A DNA stretch of 64,000 nucleotides from a virus. Lineage: Duplodnaviria; Heunggongvirae; Uroviricota; Caudoviricetes. Below the pieces are notes generated by a model, which searched no databases, was not told the DNA's origin, and worked only from the letters and a program-made list of their open reading frames with translations. The stretch is from the IMG/VR virus record IMGVR_UViG_3300022660_000050; one strand, given 5' to 3'. The stretch's first letter is position 1. Each line of letters opens with the position of its first letter. Both the position numbers and the translations under genes were made by a program. Positions 47,652 through 56,947 of this stretch are shown one piece after another.

Positions 47652-48767
47652 ATGGCTGAACCTTTAAAGCTAGAATGTTCAGTAGAATTTGAAGATGAGT
47701 GGCGACAGCTTGAGTGCCATTGGGATTATAAAAGATTTTTTACTATTAAGTGTAAACTTTTTCATGGTGCTGTTTATACTGCCGCGCACACAAAAGTATC
47801 CGATGGAGAAAGTCTTGGTTTTGCTAGCGGTAGGGACAAGTTAGAATTTTATTATCTCGAAGGTGTCTACCTTCCCATTCTAACTACCTTTAAGGCTGCC
47901 ACTGTCACTGCTTACAAGACAAAAAGTAAGTTAGAAGTATATAATAATTATTATAGAAATGCAACTATATTTGAATGTCGCATACCTTTTGAAAATCTGG
48001 ACTTAAAAACTTTATGTAAAGCTAACGGCTGCTTTACTGCTAAGGTAAAAGCCTTCAGCGATACTGGCGCTGTTTATGAAAAAACCTGTTCAATAAATAC
48101 TGCAGCAGCGAAGCTTCCTTATTATCTTGAGTTCGCCCCAACCATGAGCGGCGTGGTAGAAGTAAAGAAGGAGACTTCCTATAGAACTAAGTGCTCTTGG
48201 ACTAAGGCAGAGCCGGCTGCAGACTATTCTCCTGTATATGGCTACTGTGTAGAGCTTAGATATAGAGCAGGAGAGTCAGGATCTTTTAGTGTGGTAAAAG
48301 GACTGACCGCAGTAAAGAAAGATTCAGGCTACTGGCTTGAGAAGTCTGATCCTGCTGTTACGGCTTCTATAGAGGCACTCGAGGATGAGCCGCCGATCGA
48401 AAGTTATGAAATAGCCGGTAAAGATATTGAAGTCCCTATCTTAGGCGCCGATACTACTGAAATTTATTTTAATCCATTAGACCTGGGTATAGAGAGAGAT
48501 TATCAAATAAAGGTTGCTGTATATCCTTTTACGGTTTATGGACTTTCTGTAGACTACGAGCCGACAGAGGATGAGATACTAAATAGCTCTTTACTCGCCG
48601 GTCCCGGAATTTCTTCTGAGGCACTTAATAAACAACTCGGTTTAGTAAGAATCAAAACTTCTAAGGGTTGGGTAGAAGGTCAAGTCTGGGTTAAGACCCC
48701 TAATGGCTGGAAGGAGTCCTGTGGTGTGTACACAAAAACTCCTACAGGCTGGAAAGAATCAATTTAA
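47652..48767 (+). CDS. hypothetical protein with C-terminal short tandem repeats (KTPNGWKES / KTPTGWKES)
   Basis: Translationally coupled ORF. Followed by a terminator. Confidence 0.45.
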   Translation: MAEPLKLECSVEFEDEWRQLECHWDYKRFFTIKCKLFHGAVYTAAHTKVSDGESLGFASGRDKLEFYYLEGVYLPILTTFKAATVTAYKTKSKLEVYNNYYRNATIFECRIPFENLDLKTLCKANGCFTAKVKAFSDTGAVYEKTCSINTAAAKLPYYLEFAPTMSGVVEVKKETSYRTKCSWTKAEPAADYSPVYGYCVELRYRAGESGSFSVVKGLTAVKKDSGYWLEKSDPAVTASIEALEDEPPIESYEIAGKDIEVPILGADTTEIYFNPLDLGIERDYQIKVAVYPFTVYGLSVDYEPTEDEILNSSLLAGPGISSEALNKQLGLVRIKTSKGWVEGQVWVKTPNGWKESCGVYTKTPTGWKESI

Positions 48768-48776
48768 TAAATTTAA

Positions 48777-48806
48777 GGCCTCTTCACAGGGGCCTTTATT
48801 TTTACA
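48777..48806 (+). terminator. intrinsic terminator (AAGGCCTCTTCACAGGGGCCTT plus T-run)
   Basis: Seen directly. Confidence 0.6.
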
Positions 48807-49340
48807 ATTTGTTTTGGCGCGTTTTAAGCTACCTATTTCGCGTTTAAGACTGCAGACATATAAACACCAGGCCCCCTACCATAAAACTCGATACAGAGAG
48901 AATAAGGAGCCCTGTCGTCGATGTTCTAGCCTTACCTACCTGTGCCCGGAAAATAATTTACAAAAAGTTTGCAAATATTTATTAAACTATTAAATTAATA
49001 AATTAATAGCTCGCCTCAATAAATAACATATTTTTCTGAAAATTTTTTAATAAATTGATAAATTACTAGATATTATACTGTATATTATTATATATAGATC
49101 TATAATAATAAATATTGTTTAGCTCTATAGGCCAACGGCCTAGCGGCTTGCCGCAATAGCTATATATTTTTCTCAAGATCTAAAATAAAAATAAAAAATA
49201 TATAAAAAAAATAAATATATCTATTATAGATATATAATATAACGCTGGAGTATTATATATATAGCGTTAGACGCGTGCGCGCGTGCTAATTATTTTTCAT
49301 AAAAAATTTATTTTTCGAATTTTAAGGAGTTTGATAGATT

Positions 49341-49646
49341 ATGTGTTCTAATACCACCCGTAAATCAGCTAGTTTTAAGTGCCCACATTGTGGTGCTCAA
49401 TACCTTCCGGGAGAAATTTATATACCTGGTGCCTTGATCGGCCAGCCGGAAGATTTAGTAAAGGATTCTCTTGGTAAGATCATTTATGAAGACTACCGAG
49501 AGGGAAAAGAACCCGACATGATTGAGCATTATATTTGTGATTACTGTGATAAACCCTTTGTAGTTGAAGCAACTATTACATATAAGACTATGGCAGAAGC
49601 ACCAGAGAAGGACTTTTCTACCCAATATGTCTCACTCTTAGACTAA
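49341..49646 (+). CDS. small zinc-ribbon protein (CPHCG...CDYCDKPF)
   Basis: ORF with AAGGAG RBS. Confidence 0.45.
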   Translation: MCSNTTRKSASFKCPHCGAQYLPGEIYIPGALIGQPEDLVKDSLGKIIYEDYREGKEPDMIEHYICDYCDKPFVVEATITYKTMAEAPEKDFSTQYVSLLD

Positions 49647-49837
49647 TTATACATATTTCAGGCTAAATTTAGTGCTAATTTGCACATTTTTGCGTTTTTT
49701 AGCACAAATTTAGCCTTTTCCTTACGCGTGCGCGTAAAGGCGTGCGTAACTTCCGAAATTACAAAAATCTCATTCTGTAACTTCTGTAATTTCGGTAATC
49801 TCATTTATTTCAAATACGTAACTTAGGAGATTTCGTT

Positions 49838-51565
49838 ATGATTAAGATTTACGAGATTTCTCCTCCACAGAAAATATCAGGCCTTAGTTCTCTTATAGTC
49901 CAATTCGACTATAATGAATACATAGTAGATTCTATTAAGACTATTCCTACTGCCCACTACCACAAGAAAGAAAAGGTTTGGGAGCTGCCTGTTTGTTATC
50001 TAGGTAGATTACTTGATAGCCTGACTTTCTTGGATGAGATACAACTACGATTACTTGATACACCGGAAAACGGTGAATTTCATTTTAATAAAAACTTTGA
50101 CCTGGAGCCCTTGACCGAAATTGAGAAAGTTTCGTTCAAGATGAAACCATTCGAACATCAGCTCGAGGCTATTAACTTTGGGTTAGACAAAGAGAAGTGG
50201 CTACTCCTTGACTCTATGGGTCTAGGAAAGACTAACTCTATCATCTGGCTAGCAGAGACTCTTAAGAGGAGAGGGATAATCGATCACTGTTTCATTATCT
50301 GCGGAGTCAACTCCCTAAAGCAGAACTGGAAGAAAGAGATTCAGAAGTTCTCGACCGAGTCGGCTGTTGTACTAGGAGAGTACACTACTAGAACCGGAAC
50401 TACTCGCTATAGGTCCATGGACAAGAGAGCTCAGCAACTCAAGGATCCAATAGAGGAGTTCTTCGTGATCACTAACTTAGAGTCACTCAGAGACGACCGG
50501 ATCATCGAAGCTTTCAATAAGTCAGCTAATAAGTTTGGGATGATTGCTTTCGATGAAGCTCATAAGGCAGCGACTAAAACTTCTCAGCAGGGAACTAACC
50601 TACTTAAGCTTGAAGCTCCCTTTAAGATCGCCGCTACCGGAACCCTGATAACTAATAATCCCCTCTCGGCCTATGTCCCTCTCTCGTGGACCGGGAATGA
50701 TAACTCTATTCTGACTAACTATAAATCTCAGTACTGTAATTTCGGAGGTTTCAAAAACAACCAAGTTATAGGATTCAAGAATCTTGAGGTTCTACAGGAA
50801 GTTATTAAGTCGTGTTCACTTAGAAGAACTCTAGACCAAGTTAGATCAGACATGCCGCCGAAGACAGTAACCCTGGAACTTCTAGAGCCGGAAGATGATC
50901 AGCGTAAGTTCTATGAAGCAATCAAAGAAGGAGTCAAGGAAGAAGCCGATAAGATCGAACTTAAGACCTCGAGTCTCCTTGCTCTCACTACTAGACTTAG
51001 ACAAGCTTCAGCCTGCCCGAGTATCCTGACTACTCAGCCGGTTAGTTCATGTAAAGTGGATCGCTGTCTAGAGCTGATCCAAGAACTTACTTCTCAAGGA
51101 GAGAAAGTTGTGGTACTCTCTGTCTTTAAAGAAACTCTAAATGAGCTTGCAGCGAAACTCGGGGAATTTCGTTTTAGTATAAATACTGGAGATATCCCGG
51201 ATCCGGTAGTCGCTAACAACGTTGCTAGATTCCAGGATGATCCTAAGGAGCAAGTCTTTATAGGAACTTGGGGTAAAGTCGGAACTGGCTGGACCTTGAA
51301 CTCTTCTTCTTACCTCATATGTCTAGATACACCTTATACAGCAGCAATGTTCGACCAGGGCACAGATAGAATCTGGAGAGTTAATAACACTCGACCCGCT
51401 TTCATTACTGTGCTCATGTGTAAGGATACAATAGACGAGAGGGTTCAGCAGATCATAGAGACTAAGAAAGAACTAGGAGAGTATCTCGTAGATGGAGTCG
51501 AATTTAATAACACCAATAACTACAAGCTTGACGACGAACTCAGAGCAATCCTTCGAGATCTCTAA
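49838..51565 (+). CDS. SNF2-family helicase/ATPase
   Basis: Motif I LLDSMGLGKTN. Motif II IAFDEAHKA. Motif III ATGTLITNN. C-terminal motifs V-VI (GTWGKVGTGWTLNSSS, QGTDRIWRVNN). Confidence 0.7.
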   Translation: MIKIYEISPPQKISGLSSLIVQFDYNEYIVDSIKTIPTAHYHKKEKVWELPVCYLGRLLDSLTFLDEIQLRLLDTPENGEFHFNKNFDLEPLTEIEKVSFKMKPFEHQLEAINFGLDKEKWLLLDSMGLGKTNSIIWLAETLKRRGIIDHCFIICGVNSLKQNWKKEIQKFSTESAVVLGEYTTRTGTTRYRSMDKRAQQLKDPIEEFFVITNLESLRDDRIIEAFNKSANKFGMIAFDEAHKAATKTSQQGTNLLKLEAPFKIAATGTLITNNPLSAYVPLSWTGNDNSILTNYKSQYCNFGGFKNNQVIGFKNLEVLQEVIKSCSLRRTLDQVRSDMPPKTVTLELLEPEDDQRKFYEAIKEGVKEEADKIELKTSSLLALTTRLRQASACPSILTTQPVSSCKVDRCLELIQELTSQGEKVVVLSVFKETLNELAAKLGEFRFSINTGDIPDPVVANNVARFQDDPKEQVFIGTWGKVGTGWTLNSSSYLICLDTPYTAAMFDQGTDRIWRVNNTRPAFITVLMCKDTIDERVQQIIETKKELGEYLVDGVEFNNTNNYKLDDELRAILRDL

Positions 51566-51959
51566 GGAAGCCAGGGAACTCGGATTAGTAGTTCGCTACG
51601 ATACTATAGAGTACAGAGGGGAAACTGTGAACTTCCTCTCTGATCCTCCCGGTCATCAGTGTTTCGCTCAGTGGAGAGGGAAGCTGGTAGATCTAGGATT
51701 AAACAATATCTACTACAAAGAAGATATGTGTAAGTTTGTGGATCGAGAACTCGACCTTATAACTGACTTCCGTAATTGTCCGGATTTCGCCGGCGCGAAA
51801 TTAGAGTATTTTCATAACGGCGACTTTAGAGATATTAGACTCTGCTACAAAGGTCGGATACTTAAAGTCTTCTTAGTCGCCGGCGAAGTGAACGAAACTT
51901 TCCTAATTTCGGAATCAACCCGGATTCTTAGAACGCCGGGAATTATTGACGAAACTTGA
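51492..51959 (+). CDS. hypothetical protein (start uncertain; overlaps the 3' end of the helicase gene)
   Basis: ORF in another frame. No start codon lies downstream of the helicase stop until 51723. Confidence 0.25.
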   Translation: MESNLITPITTSLTTNSEQSFEISKEARELGLVVRYDTIEYRGETVNFLSDPPGHQCFAQWRGKLVDLGLNNIYYKEDMCKFVDRELDLITDFRNCPDFAGAKLEYFHNGDFRDIRLCYKGRILKVFLVAGEVNETFLISESTRILRTPGIIDET

Positions 51960-51967
51960 TCAATTTC

Positions 51968-51987
51968 GTTTGCTAAATTATACGATT
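51968..51987 (+). promoter_or_regulatory. late-type promoter motif TTTGCTAAATTATACGATTG
   Basis: Motif family member, 43 nt upstream of the ATG at 52012. Confidence 0.45.
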
Positions 51988-52011
51988 GAATTTTTGTAAG
52001 GAGAATTACAT

Positions 52012-53194
52012 AATGGTAACATACATTTATTTTGTAAAGTGCCCTAACTGTGAAGATGAGCACTTTGATTTCTTTGATGATGCTAAAGCTTTCGCAAGAG
52101 GTTGCATGAGTAAGAAACCTATTATCACTCAGACTGAGGTAGAGAGAAATGACTTTGGTGAGTGTACTGACTCTTCTGATCTCGGAACTATCTGGTCTTG
52201 GGAAGATGAGATGGAAGAACCCGAAGCAGAACCTGAAACTAAGTTCTCTAAAGATGACGTTGTGAGTGACTACGACCCAGACACTGACCCTGAATTCGCA
52301 GATGACGATTTTTTTGCTGTTAATGACGACTTATACGAAAGTGCCGAAATTTCGTTTACTAATAATGCCGACAGAGATGAGTTTTTTAAGCTTTGTTCCG
52401 AAATTGGTATAGTTACAGGTGCGGACCTTAAGAAGTTTATGGATGAGTTTGGTGCAGATGACAGCAATATTCTTGCTAAGCTTAGAGAGTACAGAGCAGA
52501 ACTCGGAGATGACTTTAAGATCGAGGAGTGCCAAAGAAAGCCGATTCCTGAGGGAATGACTATTGAGCAGTTAGTAGAGACCATGCAAGAGAACGAGGAC
52601 ATGGTTGAGTGTGCTGGTTGTGAAGAGCTCTTTCCTAAGGACGAGTGTTTCCATAAAGATGATATTGGCTGGCTCTGTGGTGATTGCGAAGACAGAATAG
52701 TTAAGTGCACTTGGTGCGAAGAACTTTATGATAAAAGTGAGTGTCGTTATGAAGTAGACCTTGGATGGCTCTGCAGTAGATGCGAAGCTGCTATTAAGTC
52801 GAGAGGTGAAACTCTTACTTTCCGAGAGGGAAACTATTGGGATTTCCTTGACGAAGATGTAGAGGAACTTCATGACCTTGGAAATACTTACGATGGTGGT
52901 TATCCTGAAACTCGTACTTGGATGTGCTATCTTAATGGTAATGACCTTGGTACAGTAGAAGCTACTACTGAAGAAGAAGCTTATCTTAAGATGGAACAGA
53001 CTTGGCCAGAATATAGATACAATAACGAAGATGTCCAGGTAATTCCGGTAGATGAGCTTGAGGAGAGCACTTCTAAAGTGGATACTCTTGAAGAAGCTAC
53101 AGATTACAGAAAGCGTTTGACTGCTTGCCCTGAATGTGGCAGTGAGTCATACGATGCTGAAACACGTTTCTGCCTTAAGTGCGGATTTAATTAA
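52012..53194 (+). CDS. Cys-rich multi-zinc-finger protein with an internal repeat
   Basis: AAGGAG RBS. CPNCEDEH motif. A repeated motif C.GCEELF.K.EC......GWLC..CE occurs twice. Terminal CPECG...CLKCG motif. Confidence 0.5.
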
Positions 53195-53307
53195 GTTTAA
53201 ACTGAATAACTAATAAGTCTCAGGTTAGAAATTCATTTTAATATATCGTATATTATGAGAGGACTTAATATACGAAAATAAATAAACTAATAGGATGGTA
53301 ATTTAAA

Positions 53308-53820
53308 ATGAAGAAAGATAATCAGAACATTGAAAATGTTGCGAAGGATACCAAGCTTGGCTACTCCTTCTATTCCAGATTGCTCGGCAAGCCTTTCGAT
53401 ACAGTAGAAGAGCTTGCTGCAGCAGAAACTGCTTACTATGATAAGCTCAGAGCTAAGGATGAGAAAGCCGCTGCTAAGAAAGCAGATGCTCAGAAAGTAG
53501 AGGATGCTTTTAAAGCTCTCAACGCAGCTCGTAGAGATTATAAGAGTAAGCTTAATCAGCTTACGGAAGAGTTCAGTGAAGCACTCGCAGACCTTAAGAA
53601 AGCTTACGAGCTTGGTAAGGCTGACATCCATAACACTCTCGCTGCCGCAGAGAAAGCTTATGATGATGCGCTCAGAACCTTTACCGAAAAGTATCCTGAA
53701 GGATATCACCTTACTCTTAAGGATGGCGATTTCGAAACGACTATTAGTAGTCAGACCACGAAGAATACTTTTGATAATAAGAATCTCGCGGATATCTTCA
53801 GCCTGCTGTTTAATATTTAA
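53308..53820 (+). CDS. hypothetical Lys/Ala/Glu-rich protein
   Basis: ORF with a weak RBS. Confidence 0.4.
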   Translation: MKKDNQNIENVAKDTKLGYSFYSRLLGKPFDTVEELAAAETAYYDKLRAKDEKAAAKKADAQKVEDAFKALNAARRDYKSKLNQLTEEFSEALADLKKAYELGKADIHNTLAAAEKAYDDALRTFTEKYPEGYHLTLKDGDFETTISSQTTKNTFDNKNLADIFSLLFNI

Positions 53821-53920
53821 GTATACATAAAAAATTACTGAGACAATTTAAAAATTTCGATTTTTTATTGTATTATATAATATAAGATGAAAATCTTGTA
53901 GACAAGTTTCCTCCTTTGTT

Positions 53921-53960
53921 AAACGCCTTGATGATTCCTCCGATCAAGGCGTTTTTATTT
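53921..53960 (+). terminator. hairpin (AACGCCTTGATG..GATCAAGGCGTT) plus T-run
   Basis: Seen directly. The track ORF 53916 would read through it. Confidence 0.5.
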
Positions 53961-53981
53961 TATTTAGTTATAGGATGTATT

Positions 53982-54359
53982 ATGCAAACAACAGAAGCAC
54001 AACAGCTTTTATCAGAAATATTTGAACGAGCCGAAAAAGAACAGATTACAGAATTTCAGCTTATTACTTCTTGGGATGCTTTTATAGGCTGCTGGAAATT
54101 CCATAAAGCAACTAAGTTAATTATTAACGCTCTTAAAGATTCTTCTGCAACCTTATTTAAGGAGTACTGTAGTGAGGTAGCTACCGGATCTGCTGTAGTA
54201 GAAAAGCTTCTTGCTTATAATAGACTGCAGAACGTTATTGAGTTCTATGAGAGAGATCTTGCGGTATTACGAAGTATGCTGGATGAGTACGATGAATATC
54301 TTGGGAATGGCCACTTCTGGTATTCTTTCTTAGGAGGCGAGAGGGACTTATGGAACTAA
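53982..54359 (+). CDS. hypothetical protein
   Basis: ATG at 53982, downstream of the hairpin. Confidence 0.4.
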   Translation: MQTTEAQQLLSEIFERAEKEQITEFQLITSWDAFIGCWKFHKATKLIINALKDSSATLFKEYCSEVATGSAVVEKLLAYNRLQNVIEFYERDLAVLRSMLDEYDEYLGNGHFWYSFLGGERDLWN

Positions 54360-54568
54360 CTACTCTATTTCAGACTTATGCTGAGCTTGAGAACCCGCCG
54401 GTAATTGAACTACTTAATATCCGGAAAGAACCGGTTGGAGCTATCTATTTAGATAAGTTTAAGTATAAGAATTTCGTAGTATCCGAAACGAATAACTCTG
54501 AGAAGTACTATCTTTATGTCGATGGACTCGGAATTTATTTCTCTTTTTATCAAAAAATAACACCGTAA
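54350..54568 (+). CDS. hypothetical small protein
   Basis: ORF overlapping the upstream stop. Confidence 0.3.
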   Translation: MELTTLFQTYAELENPPVIELLNIRKEPVGAIYLDKFKYKNFVVSETNNSEKYYLYVDGLGIYFSFYQKITP

Positions 54569-54681
54569 TTATCGTATAATATTATAGGTGATTGCGAGTA
54601 TGTGGTGTTCATTGGCATCAGGGGCGATGAGGTAAAACTCGTCGTCCCGCTCCTTTTATAGGGTAAAATTGACCCTGTAAT

Positions 54682-54699
54682 CAGCTAAATTAAATACAG
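54682..54699 (+). promoter_or_regulatory. late-type promoter motif CAGCTAAATTAAATACAG
   Basis: Motif family member, 60 nt upstream of the nrdD ATG. Confidence 0.4.
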
Positions 54700-54742
54700 A
54701 GTTTCGGCTCTTAGACATAAAAATTAAGGAAAGGTATTGATT

Positions 54743-56947
54743 ATGCAAAGAGTTATTAAGCGTGATGGCAGAGAAGTCGAATTCGATAAGTCTAAGATTA
54801 TCAAGGCAATTTCTCAGGCTAATCAGGAAGTTATTAAATCAAAGCAGATTGGTCCTAGAAAGATTGATCAGCTTGCAACTATTGTAGAAGAGAAGTGTAA
54901 AGTATATAAGAGGGCAATTAAAGTCGAGGACATTAATGACCTGATCGAAGACGAACTCATCTCCCGAAATTACAACAATCTCGTTCGTGCATTTATTAAA
55001 TATAGATACAATAAGGAGCTTGTTAGAAAGTCAAACACTACCGATGATTCGATCTTGAGTTTGATTAACCTCGCAAATGAGGAACTCAAGCAGGAGAACG
55101 CGAACAAGAATCCTGTAGTTAATTCTACGCAGAGAGATTACATGGCAGGAGAAACTAGTAAGGATATTACCAGAAGACTTCTTCTTCCTAAGGATGTAGT
55201 CAAGGCTCATGATGATGGTACTATTCACTTCCATGACTCAGATTACTTCATTCAGAAGATGCATAACTGTGATTTAGTTAATCTCGAAGATATGCTTCAG
55301 AACGGAACCGTAATTTCCGGTACTCTAGTTGAGAAGCCTCATAGTTTTGCTACCGCTTGTAATATTGCGACACAGATCATCGCACAAGTAAGTAGTAACC
55401 AGTATGGCGGTCAGTCAATCACCCTCTCACATCTTGCTCCTTTCGTAGACGTCTCTAGGCGTAAGATTATGGATGAAGTAAGAGCTGAATTCGATATGGT
55501 AGGTTTCGATACAGAAGCTGAAGCCGAAATTGCTGCAATTACAGAAAAGCGTGTAAGAGCAGAAGTAAAGCGCGGCGTTCAGACTATCCAGTATCAGGTT
55601 AATACCCTGCTCACTACAAATGGTCAAGCCCCTTTCATCACTGTGTTTATGTATCTCAATGAAGTAGAAGATGAGCGGACTAAGAAAGATCTTGCGATGG
55701 TTATCGAAGAAGTTCTTCGTCAGAGAACTGAGGGCATCAAGAATGAGAAAGGCGTCTGGGTTTCCCCCGCGTTCCCAAAACTTGTATATGTTCTAGAAGA
55801 AGATAACGTGTATCCTAATTCCGAGTACTGGTATCTTACTAAGCTTGCAGCAAAGTGTACTGCTAAGCGACTTGTTCCGGATTACATTAGTGAGAAGATC
55901 ATGAAGGAACTCAAGGAAGGCGGATGCTTCGCTCCTATGGGTTGTAGATCCTGTCTCTCTCCTTGGTATGATGAGAATGGTAAACAGAAGTGGTACGGCC
56001 GCTTTAATAAGGGTGTAGTCACCGTCAACTTAGTTGATGTCGCGTGTGGATCCGATGGTGCGAACTACTCGAAGGATCTTAGTAGCTTCTGGAAGAACTT
56101 CGATGAAGTACTTGAGCTCTGTCATAAAGCCCTGCTCTGCCGCTACGAAAGACTCAAGGGTACAGTAAGCGACGTCGCTCCCATCCTCTGGCAGCATGGT
56201 GCTATCGCTAGACTTAAGAAAGGTGAGACTATCGATAAGCTTCTTACTGGCGGATACTCGACTATCTCACTTGGATACGCTGGTTTGTGGGAATGTGTGG
56301 TAGAACTTATTGGTAAGGACCTTCTAACCGAAGAAGGCCAGGAACTCGGACTCGAGATCATGCGATACATGAACAAGAAGTGCGATGAGTGGAACAAGGA
56401 ACTCTATCTCGGCTTCGGAATCTACGGAACCCCTCTTGAGAGCACTACTTACAAGTTTGCTAAGTGCTTGCAGAAGCGCTGGGGCGAAATTCCCGGAGTT
56501 ACAGATAAGAACTATATTACTAATAGTTATCATGTTCATGTAACTAAAGAGATAGATCCTTTCGAAAAGCTTGCGGTAGAAGCGAAGTTCCAGAGACTTT
56601 CTTCCGGCGGTGCAATCAGCTACATCGAAAGTGCGAACCTAGAGAATAACCTCGAAGCAGTACTTACAGTAATCCAGTATATCTACGATAACATCATGTA
56701 TGCGGAACTCAACATTAAGTCAGACTACTGTCAGGAGTGTGGCTGGGATCGTGAGATCATGATCGTAGAAGATGAGTCGGGTAAGCTTGTCTGGGAGTGT
56801 CCTAACTGTGGTAACAGAGACCAAAGCAAGATGAATGTTGCTAGAAGAACTTGTGGCTACATCGGAACTCAGTTCTTTAACCAAGGCAGAACTGCAGAGA
56901 TTAAAGACCGCTTCGTTCATATGGACTGTCATGAGTGTGGGTGCTAA
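54743..56947 (+). CDS. nrdD: anaerobic ribonucleoside-triphosphate reductase
   Basis: N-terminal ATP-cone (VIKRDGREVEFDKSKIIKAI). C-terminal Zn site CQECG..CPNCG. Glycyl-radical motif RRTCGYIGT. Confidence 0.8.
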   Translation: MQRVIKRDGREVEFDKSKIIKAISQANQEVIKSKQIGPRKIDQLATIVEEKCKVYKRAIKVEDINDLIEDELISRNYNNLVRAFIKYRYNKELVRKSNTTDDSILSLINLANEELKQENANKNPVVNSTQRDYMAGETSKDITRRLLLPKDVVKAHDDGTIHFHDSDYFIQKMHNCDLVNLEDMLQNGTVISGTLVEKPHSFATACNIATQIIAQVSSNQYGGQSITLSHLAPFVDVSRRKIMDEVRAEFDMVGFDTEAEAEIAAITEKRVRAEVKRGVQTIQYQVNTLLTTNGQAPFITVFMYLNEVEDERTKKDLAMVIEEVLRQRTEGIKNEKGVWVSPAFPKLVYVLEEDNVYPNSEYWYLTKLAAKCTAKRLVPDYISEKIMKELKEGGCFAPMGCRSCLSPWYDENGKQKWYGRFNKGVVTVNLVDVACGSDGANYSKDLSSFWKNFDEVLELCHKALLCRYERLKGTVSDVAPILWQHGAIARLKKGETIDKLLTGGYSTISLGYAGLWECVVELIGKDLLTEEGQELGLEIMRYMNKKCDEWNKELYLGFGIYGTPLESTTYKFAKCLQKRWGEIPGVTDKNYITNSYHVHVTKEIDPFEKLAVEAKFQRLSSGGAISYIESANLENNLEAVLTVIQYIYDNIMYAELNIKSDYCQECGWDREIMIVEDESGKLVWECPNCGNRDQSKMNVARRTCGYIGTQFFNQGRTAEIKDRFVHMDCHECGC

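Noticed and set aside
48808-48950. Possible tRNA or other known RNA gene in the GC-rich island
   Set aside because: No cloverleaf with a T-loop (GTTCRANYC) or D-loop signature could be found by eye. It is retained only as part of the structured noncoding region finding.
48703-48993. 96-aa + strand ORF spanning the terminator after 47652..48767
   Set aside because: It starts inside the upstream gene, reads through a strong terminator hairpin, has no RBS and is a basic low-complexity translation. The region is treated as noncoding and structured.
51492-51959. Possibility that this ORF is a homing endonuclease inserted at the helicase 3' end
   Set aside because: No HNH, GIY-YIG or LAGLIDADG motif is visible. 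It is kept as a low-confidence hypothetical CDS only.
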